DNA of 62,775 nt, filler included, from Choristocarpus tenellus KU-1152 (taxonomy: Eukaryota; Protista; Phaeophyceae), in NCBI GenBank assembly GCA_964200185.2. It is 11 parts of 11 records of this genome, joined end to end, with 100 filler letters (N's around TTAATTAATTAA, not from the genome) between each part and the next. Parts side by side here need not be neighbours in the genome. Positions count along the whole stretch, not along the records: positions 53,509 to 56,317 come from CAXNAD020024569.1; positions 56,418 to 62,775 come from CAXNAD020008310.1; 9 more parts are not named here. One strand, 5' to 3'. The notes beneath the pieces are model-generated. The model had not been told where the DNA came from. It saw only the letters and a program-made list of their open reading frames with translations, and made no database searches. This document shows positions 53,409 to 62,775 of this stretch, piece by piece. Position 1 is the stretch's first letter. Every line of letters starts with the position of its first letter. The translations under genes and the position numbers were made by a program.

Positions 53409-53599
53409 NNNNNNNNNNNNNNNNNNNNNNNNNNNNNNNNNNNNNNNNNNNNTTAATTAATTAANNNNNNNNNNNNNNNNNNNNNNNNNNNNNNNNNNNN
53501 NNNNNNNNGTTTTGCCAGATCTCGGCTTTCATTGCTAATAGCGGGAATAGCCAACCGTTGCCTTCAACTCTGGACAAGATCTTGGTCAATCTGCACCTC

Positions 53600-55536
53600 G
53601 TTTCCGCCTCCAACACGTGTCACTGTCGTAACCTACAGGCGGGCTGGCATCCTCGACATGGACTTCTTTCAAACTATTTCGCCCCACAAGCCGCCTCCAT
53701 TAGACGCGTTTACCACGTCAACCTTATCGTTCGCTCTGTTCGATTGACACGCTATCGTTTTCCATTACACTATCCTATTTTTTATGTCACCATCGTCCCC
53801 TCCTCTCCTCAACAACGTTCTCCGCCGTGTCCACCACCAGATTCTCGAGAAGGACTCGACTCTACGCGCTTACCTCACCACCTGGGATGGGAAATATCAG
53901 GATGTCCTCAACCAGGTCAACCTCCACCAGGTTCACAGCGGGCGGGGCGGTGATGGCGGCGGTGCAGACGTAAAGAGCAACAACGGATCGGCATCAGATG
54001 GCGGTCAGAAGGAAGACAAGGGGGGGTGCGAACACAAAGGAGGGGACAGAGACGAGGGAGGGGACGAACACAAAGGAGGGGACGAAGACGAGGGAGGGGA
54101 CTCTCTGCCAGACGGGGGGGATACGGGCGAGGGGGGTTCTGTCGACGGTGCTCCTGGTGCAGAAGAAGAACAAAACGGCCATGGAGGGTGGAATGTGGGC
54201 GTTTGCTGTACTGAATGCAATCCCCCTCCTACGTCTCGGTGAGTAATGTAGTTGTAATGGTGCACACGCGGATGGCGGGTAAATAATGGCGTAAGATTAG
54301 TTTTCATCCAATCCCTTGAACGGCTAACTAGGTTGTCTTGCTTCAGCAGTGCACGCCACTACACCGGTTATCTTGCGGGGTCCCTCTGTGTGTGGCGCTG
54401 CGGTCACTACCCCCAGGTCTCTTTGTTTGCCACAGCCCGAGTGTGTTAGTGCATGTCGCAACCGACTGTTATATCTCACCTGTACTTCGTATAGTTTTGT
54501 GCCGCCAATTTCGTGGTCCTTCGTAGCCGTGGATCCCTGCGTTGCGTTGTTGCGCCCAATTAATGATTTGGAAAAATGCTATTCTGTCTGTTTGATACTC
54601 TTGTTCGATGTCACGTGCGACAGGTATTCCTGCCCAAAGTGCTCCATCACGCACGTGGGCGAATGTGCCAACGTGGAGATTGTGGGCGACGAGAGGCACA
54701 AGGATCGGTTGTGTATCAATTGCCCTGTGGCACAGGAGGGCAATGAAGGGACTGGACCGATGGGGAACGAAGCGGCGGGTCGGGGCAGGGGCAAGGGTAA
54801 GGGTAAGGGTAGCGCAAGGGGTGTGGGCAGGTCACCCAGCAGGCAAAGCCATTTACGTCCCCCCTCACACAGCGAAACGGCGGATATGGAGAAGTGCATG
54901 TGGGTCTCGGCGTGGTTACACATTATACGGACATACAAGTCGTCTCTGCGTGTTCGGTTTCGCGTTGGTTTGCACGTGGGTCTTGGCTGGTTGTACATCA
55001 TGTGGATTGCTCGTCCTTTGTGTGTTCGATATGGCGTTTTTTTTGGAGGTTTCCATGGGCCATGGAACTTACCTGTTTGACGTCTCCCCTTCTTCCACGA
55101 GATGTATCTGATGGGTCTGGCATTGTGGAGGGTACGGCTTAACATTTTGGGAATGCCAGGTAAATATTGTCAGGACCTCACGTAATGATACGATTGCCTG
55201 CACCATTGTTTACGATGCTGTCCTCCTTGTCGTGCTGTTTGTGTACTGTCATGTGTTATGATGTCCAACCAGGGCTGAGAACACTGCACTACACGACCTT
55301 TGCCCTCTCGACCCGACGCTACCCTTAGACGGCCTGAAAGAGTTCGCCTTCCGCAACGCGCCAAAGCTCGCCATAGTGTCCATCGCCGCCGAGCCAAGAC
55401 TCCTCAACGACGAAGAGGCGACCAACACCCACTTGCGCCAGGTGATGAAGTGTTTGCAGGTGAAGATACATCCTCAGGGCACCATCGCGCTATTTGTGTC
55501 CCACCCGTGGGCCGTGCAATCACACCGCCTACACGG
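53600..55536 (+). pseudogene. Multi-exon GC-rich gene remnant: G/D/E-rich linker, PHD-like finger, possible MTase-fold segment
   Basis: CTECNPPPTSR spliced (cg|gtgag ... acag|g) to YSCPKCSITHVGEC-x15-CINC gives a C4HC3 pattern; later exon APKLAIVS...LRQVMKCLQVKIHPQGTIALFVS. Confidence 0.45.
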
Positions 55537-55807
55537 TGAGTTGCAGAGTTTGCCAGCGCTGAAATACGGGGTGTATTGCGGGAGACTATTGCAATTCGCC
55601 ATGGCCGTTATCAGTCCGCCCGTGTGTCCATCGGAAACGGTGGCGGCCGTCCAGGAGATGCGTATTCTGTCGTGTGTCTTTCTTTTTCGCTTTCTCCATG
55701 TTGTTTTATCTTTTCGTACCTTGTATTTCCTTTTGTGTATTTTCTCCTTCCCCTCGGGTCCTTCGTAATTCTTTGTTTGATTCTCCACAAGTCACATGCT
55801 GGTGTTA

Positions 55808-56066
55808 GAGCCAAAGTATCTTAGAGGGTAGAGCCGCGTCCATTTGGGGGTCAAAATCTAATGTTGCGATTTTGATGTAATTTTTGGTATTGTGTTTGTT
55901 AGGAAGTGTCAATATCCATGTTCTGGACACACCTTTTCATTACGTATACAATTTACCTACTCCAAAACATTTTGGAGTAGGAAAATGTCATTAAAAACCC
56001 CACGGGAAGCCAAGCCCCAAATGGACAAACACGGCAAAACTTGTACCCTCTAAGATACTTTCACTC
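55808..56066 (-). mobile_element. MITE family A (near-consensus)
   Basis: TIRs present; flanks tta/tta. Confidence 0.9.
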
Positions 56067-56417
56067 TTACTTGTCTTCACTACATTTTTTTTGCCGTCTT
56101 TCCTTCTATTACAGAATTTCCTATTGTCTGTATTTTTGCATTTGTTATTTAGCTTGCGTTCCACACTCGTTGTACTATTATCATGTTAGTGGTAATCGAT
56201 TTCATGAAGTCCAACAATACCGTACTTTTGTGCTGTCACTGTCAAGTTTGACACATGCCAGACCCGCGTGCTCCCACCCGCCTTCTCTTCATTCAGGGGC
56301 TCTTATGGCGTCGAAGGNNNNNNNNNNNNNNNNNNNNNNNNNNNNNNNNNNNNNNNNNNNNTTAATTAATTAANNNNNNNNNNNNNNNNNNNNNNNNNNN
56401 NNNNNNNNNNNNNNNNN

Positions 56418-56661
56418 CTCCCCCCCTCCCAGATACTTTGGGTCCAAAATTAGATCATAACTGCAACATTGGGTTTTGGCCCCCAAACGGACACCGCTCT
56501 ACCCTCTAAGATATTTTGACTTATGAAGGTGTGTCCGGAGCAAGGATGCTGCTGACACTTGCTAACAAACACGATAGCCAAAATTCATCAAAAAAACAGC
56601 AACATTGAATCTATATAATCCCGAACGGATGTGTCCCTACCCTCTTAAAATGCTTTGAGTC
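56418..56661. mobile_element. Cluster of three MITE right-end fragments (family C and A)
   Basis: cccagatactttgggtc; taccctctaagatattttgact; taccctcttaaaatgctttgagtc. Confidence 0.65.
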
Positions 56662-57118
56662 TGGAACGTCAAGCTCGCAACGCAGTCTGCACAGTCACCT
56701 AGTCTGCACGGTCGACTGTGCTCAACATTAACGATTTGGGGTTCTTTGCATCCCTAAAAAGTGGAGTTTGGAGGGAGCATTATGGTACGGTAGACAATCT
56801 AGTGAAGGGGGTAAAGAGCATATATGGCGTGTATGACGCAGCTACTTTAGAGGGGGGTAAATAAAGTTTTGAAGGCGTTAGGAGGTAGTAATTTCGAGGT
56901 ATAGCATATTGGAACTAAGAAAAGGCAGCGTGAGGGAAGTCTACAAAATCGGTCAGAATCGAAAGAGGGACTTTTGATGCAGTGGTGGATTGATGAATTG
57001 ATGGGCACGAGGAAATTGATAAAACACCACGTTGCTGGATGAGGCTGGATAGAGATCTTGCTGACATCAGAGACAGAGGAAGTGGAGTACAGTTCATGAA
57101 GAAGGTTGCTGTGGTGCT

Positions 57119-57210
57119 TGTTAGTACACTAGTATACCCCTGTGTCTACCAAGCAGGTAGTCAGCTGACTATCTCCTTAGTAGACACAGGAGTTTACTAG
57201 TGTTGTAACA
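57119..57210. mobile_element. 92-bp fully palindromic insertion, TGT...ACA ends, 5-bp TSD
   Basis: 46-bp arms matching 39/46 with no loop; gtgct on both flanks. Confidence 0.85.
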
Positions 57211-57399
57211 GTGCTCACACTAGCATACAACCTATGCCCAGTTTGAATCATCTGTAAGACATCAGGGTGGTGCAGTATTGTCAAGACTGACACGTTGACG
57301 ATGGAGGGAAACAACAGCCTGGATGGTCTTGTGATTCTGTGGTGAATGGCTTCTATACAGGCTACATCTATCGGGTTCTACCTCAACATACCTCAACTG

Positions 57400-57945
57400 G
57401 ATTAGTGGTCACATTGAAGGTCAGGGTTGATATCAACAAGTTTCACCGACAGATTCCACACCCTCATGAACAAGTGACTTGTAAGACTGCAGCAACAAAT
57501 GGAATTGACTTCATAGGAACTTGAGGATCGTATGTTGAATTTTCACAGGGCAAACCTCACTGTACTCCAGTGCCACCAAGTACGGAACCTCGGGCAACCA
57601 GGAACTTGAGAGAGTATTCACTGATATGAGTGGACCTAAACCGGTGCATAGCCTTGGGGGCTGCCATTTTCCATGATTTTTGTCGACAACTGCACCAAGA
57701 TGAAGTGGATGCGGTTCCTGACCAAATCTGCCGGTGGAGCAAATGTACCGGCAGATTTCGTCTCAGACGTGGATGCACCAAGAGGAGTGCAGACTGGCTG
57801 TATTCGAAGCGATGAGGGAGGAGGATTCGTGAGTGAGTATTTCCAGGCAGTAATGAGGAAGCATAGCATGCATTGGAAATTTACTGGCGCTTTTACCCTG
57901 GAGTACAATGGTGTAGCGGAACGAACCTTGGGTCTGAAATAATCG
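57400..57945 (+). mobile_element. Ty1/Copia GAG-pre-integrase plus integrase core remnant
   Basis: DINKFHRQIPHPHEQ...LERVFTDMSGP...MIFVDNCTKMKWMRFL...IRSDEGGGF...YNGVAER. Confidence 0.85.
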
Positions 57946-58497
57946 GACTGGAGCTGGTTGAACTCTTGCGATTCACAACACTAAGACTGAGGTGATAATT
58001 GGCCCGAAAAACGACCTAATGTCATGTGATGCCTTTAGCGTTCATTTTTGAAGATTTTGTTGGCCAGTTTGAAGGTCGATGTTATGCACAGACCTTACAA
58101 ACCAACACATGACGTATGTAAAGTTTAGGTCAACCATCAGATATGCCACAGGCAGGCACAGACCCCCCCTGACACAGCTCCTCCTTCTATTCAGGCACTC
58201 CTCATCCCCACTACCTAGGCACAGCCACGCCCAGTGCCTTTCGTCCAGGTGCTACACCATTGTATCTGCTCAGTGAAGAATATTCTCCTTCTCTCTCCCC
58301 TTAGGATAGTCCCACGGGCTTACCCAGGCGCATACACCTTGATGTTCTTTTCCTCCCGGAACTACAGGAAGGAGCACAGGGGATAGTACCTGGTAGGGCT
58401 TCCCCTCCTCTTTTCTCTTCTAAACTGTTCCCCCGTATTACCCATGCACAGCATTGCAACCTGTATGAAATAAAAGCACCCAATCCTGTCCATAGAA

Positions 58498-58755
58498 GAG
58501 TCGAAGTATCTTAGGGGTAGAGCCGCGTCCATTTGGGGGCCAAAATACAATGTTGCAATTTTGATGTAATCTTGGCTATCATTTTTGTTAGGAGATATCA
58601 ATATCCTTGTTCCGGACACTCCTTTTCATAATGTATACATTTTACCTACTCCGAAATATTTTGTAGTAGGTAATATGTCATTAAGAACACGTAGGCAGTT
58701 AAGCCCCAAATGGAAAAACAGGAAAAAACTCGTACCCTCTAAAATACTTTCACTC
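58498..58755 (-). mobile_element. MITE family A
   Basis: TIRs present; 4-bp TSD agaa/agaa. Confidence 0.88.
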
Positions 58756-59396
58756 AGAAGGTTGGCAGTACTCAGGGGAAAGAGATAAAGTCATCACCAC
58801 ATGTTCATCTGAGGTATGGTGATAAACACAGCAAACAGAAATGGGTAGCAGCTCACGCTCCCTTGGATCCCCCAGCTCCAACCACCAATGTTTTGTAATT
58901 GTGGAAAGGTTCGTTGAAGGAAAGTCCTTACCTCTATGTACTTCGGTGCAAGAAGCAGTACAAGCTCTGTTGCAGTGTTTGTTGGGAATAGGTGTGGTAA
59001 CACTCAACCCCTAACAACATACATCAATAAAGGAAACACACTCTTGTTGCATCATATCGTCCAGATTTCATTGAACACATTGTATTATTTTGGTCATGTC
59101 AACATCTTCAAAATGTTAGTGGGGCATAAAAACCAGCAAAGCAATCCGTAGGAGGTTTCTGGACATAGCTTCTGTACATAGCGCATAATCCCAAGTGTAG
59201 GATACAATATGGGATGTCTGTCCGTACATCACCATTACCAGACGTTGTCATTAAGAGTGGACTCATGCCCCTGGATCTTCTTAGGGCCGATGTTGCTACT
59301 ATGTAGTATCTTTTTATAAACGTGACACCTTTGTTGTGGGCCAGGTCAGGTCTAAACGCCTCTAACTCATCACCATTCTTAAAAGCTCTATATAAT

Positions 59397-59659
59397 GAGG
59401 CAAAGTAAACGAGATGTATCCATTTTTGGCCGTTTTACATTTTAAGCCAGTTTTTCAATCTTTTGTGCAATTCCCTGATATTTGTATGGTATGGATGAAG
59501 TGATAGGTTTGACTTGAGAGGGTTTATTTCTCTATTGTTACAAGATTTCGACTTAATTCGGAAATATCCTACGCAATTTTTTTTTTAAAGCCGAATCTTA
59601 CATAAATTTGCCGAGATCCTTAAAATGTAACTCTAGGTACCTCTTGCTTTCTTTGACTC
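59397..59659 (-). mobile_element. MITE family B
   Basis: GAGGCAAAGTAAACGAGATGTA ... TACCTCTTGCTTTCTTTGACTC; flanks aat/aat. Confidence 0.85.
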
Positions 59660-59849
59660 AATGCACATGCTCGTCAAATTTGGGCTTGTACGATTAAGTT
59701 GTACCGACTGGCTCTCGGTAATGCGTATGTGCTCCCATCATCTGCTCCCACCTCCCATCACAACCATCGACTGCTTCTTACGACATCTGTCGCCTATAGT
59801 TTACCTAATGACTCTAAATGCGCAAGTCGTTTGGGGTGGGAAACCATCA

Positions 59850-60200
59850 AATATAGACTTGAACCAGCTCTATCTACTCTTGTACTTCTGCTTGCTGTGT
59901 TGAATCTAATTAAATCTAATGGTTTTCGTGATTGTAGAACACAATATATGGACTTTTGTACACCAGTTGCACAATCGTTTCGCCTTACGGGATGCCCAAG
60001 TTCCAAGGGTTACTTGCAGCAGAACAGTTTCGAGGGCAGAGAACAAGAAAAAGAGATGCCTCATAAAGCTGGTTTCAAGATGCTTGAGGCCAAGTATCAT
60101 ACTTGTACCTGTAGGACAACGGGTAGGAACCATACGCCAGAAGCAGTTAACTCTAATTATGCTGACATTGACTCTTATCTCCTTCACGTGCAAAGGCTGC
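59850..60200 (-). mobile_element. Decayed Copia RNase H remnant
   Basis: LETSFMRH..SALETVLL / ELGHPVRRND resemble EAEY.A...E..WL..LL.ELG.P; frameshifted. Confidence 0.35.
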
Positions 60201-60999
60201 ACTAGGTGAGCCACACATGCTCGATTCTCGTGCTTCTCACCCCACTCCCGAATACAAATGTCAAGTAGATGGGATTATTTGTTTTCGTGTTTCTACATTT
60301 ATACCTTTCATCACTATACCTAGTACAAGAAACTAGAAAAATGAATCCACTGGATTTATGGGCTACCCATTCCTACAAGTTTATATTATCTAGGTTGGAG
60401 TAAATAGCAGAAATACTGCCACAAGCCTTCACAAACGCAGCAAATCCTTTTTCTGCCAGAGGATAGGTTTAGAATCCATCAATGAAAGCAGTGCCCATAC
60501 CCCAACCAAGTGCATGAGGGAAGCAGTGGTCAATGGTAAAGTTAGGCTCTCAGTTTAGTCTGTGGTAGGGCATGGACTAATCATACCATTATCAGAAAAT
60601 ATCATCATGCCACATTGCTCTACTGCTGAGGACTCCCTGCTTACAGTTCCTCCCTACCGAATGTAGTCTACCTTGCCAACCTAAGTTGCTAATCCTAACC
60701 CTAACCCTGGTGTAGGACAGGCATAATTGAGCCCTGACCAAGCTAACTCAGGTGAACTGAGTCAGGAAAATTCAGGCAGCCCTGACAATGCACAGTCTAG
60801 GTGAACTAGGAAAAATTCAGTCTAACTCAGAATGTTGTGCTAATGTTCACCCACAGCAGAAAAAAAAAAGTCTCACAAACTGGCCGATTAGATATAGACT
60901 GGGAGTGTCTATGAGAAGGGGGTGCTCCACTGTCCACTACACCAACCTCTAATTTACAGTAAAGAATTTCCACACTTTGTCCTTGGCCTGCCAAAAGAT

Positions 61000-61250
61000 T
61001 CTCCCAGCTACTATGAATACCCCTGCCTGAAGGAAACGCCCAAGTTCAACATGGCTAACAATGGAGGTACCTCAAGGATACTGTTTGGGGTCTCTGGCAG
61101 AGCATGGAGAGCAAGGAGGAGGCACAGAGCTGCCTCGGAGGTCAAGACCAGATGAGCGAAGACATCAACTAGTGCAAGGGAAGGAGGTCTGCAGGAACAG
61201 GTTATTCTTGTCTATCTGAAGAGCCCTATACACAGCTGCCAGTGATACTG
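61000..61250 (+). mobile_element. Possible RLE non-LTR 3' remnant
   Basis: GSLAEHGEQG...KEVCRNRLFLSI weakly resembles the ESFG.LG...ERL.Q.IS tail. Confidence 0.3.
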
Positions 61251-62775
61251 ACCGTACTACTTGCACTTGCAACTAATACTTGTCACACAACTCAGGGGCT
61301 AACTCCACTATCTACAGACAGCATCTTAGTGGGTTAGGGTTAGGTATACAAGTGTACAATTGATTCAAATCCAAAATTCTTGTCTCCCATGAGAGAATCA
61401 CGCGAAATTCGTCAAAGGCTACTCTTCATCGTACATACATGTTCAATGCCACCAAGGATGTAATCCAGTGCAGTGCACAAGTCATCTTTGAATGTTGGTG
61501 AACGTTGTTCAGGCTTAACCGGTGTACTAGTAAAACTCTAGGACTGTCTCCACAAGGAATTTACACAGATAATTCGCAAATCTGTTGGAGTCTGAACATC
61601 CAATTGAAGATCCCGTATCCATCCCTGCTCCTCCCCTGGGAAGGGGCCAATCTAGTTGAGTGTTTACTTCCGCATTACTCGCCTCACCTTTTGCTTTTTC
61701 TGATATCTGGTGGACAAAGCTATGATCAACTATTCTGGAGAAATGTGAGCAGGAAGCCTTGTCCATGTGTTAGAGAGAGATGCTGAACCCTCTCTGAGAT
61801 GGATTCAATCCAATCTAACAAATTTCATACGAAAACCCCCCAAAAAAATTCTAAGAATTCTAATAATTCACTTGTTCCAAAAGATGTATAGATGTTAGAA
61901 CTAAAATTTAAAAATAGATTTTAATGGAAAATATCAAAAAGAATCAACACAACAGATATTGAAGTTTTAGAAATCAGAAAAATATCAGCGGGAACGCAAC
62001 AACCCTTTTTTTTTCTTAAACTTCGTGTATTCTTTTTTATTTCTTGAAGATAGACAATAGTAATCATATTGCACTAGAGTAAGTGAGTCATTCGATAATA
62101 CTGGAACATCTGCACTAATATGTAAGTTACGTTGGAGTTTGGGAAAACTCGTCAAAAACCATAGAGATGCCGGCATAGGACACACTGCACTGCATAAACC
62201 ATTTCTCACATACACAACATAAATCAACACACACAGTGTTCACCTACACACACCGTACTTATCCCCCAGTTCTTGTAGTGATAAAGAGGCCAATTACAGA
62301 AAAAAAATGCATTCGAAGTCACAGGAGAGGGACACCCCCCAGGGTTCACTACTTGACTCTCCAAGTTGGGATCGAGGAGCATATTCTACCAATAAATATT
62401 TTTATTCTTTGGTTCGAGATATCACCGCCTCTCCCGAATTTTGTCAGTTTTGGTACTCTGCTTGTTTTTAATATCTTTATTATGCACTGGCCAACCCACC
62501 ATTAACATTATCCTCTAGGGTTCTCGGGTTCCAACCCAAAGCTGATCACTGATTCCAATGTAGGGGAGGCTTATTTTGGCACTGACAGTGTTAACCCAGG
62601 TGAGCTCGGTCAGGACAATTCAAGCAATCCTTGTGTAATGCTAACCCACTACAAGCTGGTCATTGGAACCCAGACGGCCTAACACAGCCAAAACTCATCG
62701 AAGGAAGAGAAAAAAAAGACAGAAGAGAACAAAGGACTGGACAGATCTACAAGACCTGTAGGGGGAGGGGAGGGG

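Noticed and set aside
1-62775. tRNA/rRNA genes and prokaryotic operons or defence systems
   Set aside because: None recognisable; gene order across linkers is not meaningful

Overview
Eukaryotic, repeat-rich, intron-rich DNA, probably from a brown alga or related ochrophyte. That assignment is an inference from gene style, GT-AG introns, interstitial CCCTAA repeats and TE types. The window is 11 short contigs joined by 100-bp artificial N-TTAATTAATTAA-N linkers, so adjacency across linkers is not biological evidence. Host genes I can support by hand-splicing: a phosphatidylinositol synthase (minus strand, 4 exons seen) head-to-head with a two-exon SUA5/YrdC gene, two calpain-7/PalB-like exons, and two GH47 (EDEM-like) mannosidase exons. 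Most of the rest is mobile DNA: three related families of GAG/GGG-ended MITEs (about 20 copies, 3- or 4-bp TSDs), Copia remnants, RLE-type non-LTR remnants and a Harbinger-like remnant. The best candidate for an undescribed system is contig 40315-46159. There, an intron-containing Sola-like DDD transposase pseudogene lies divergent to a ParB/Srx-like ORF (LDGNHR motif), separated by ~1.1 kb of direct repeats and long palindromes. A separate contig carries a decayed PHD-finger plus MTase-fold-like gene that may belong to the same element family. All protein assignments come from motif recognition by eye; no database search was run.
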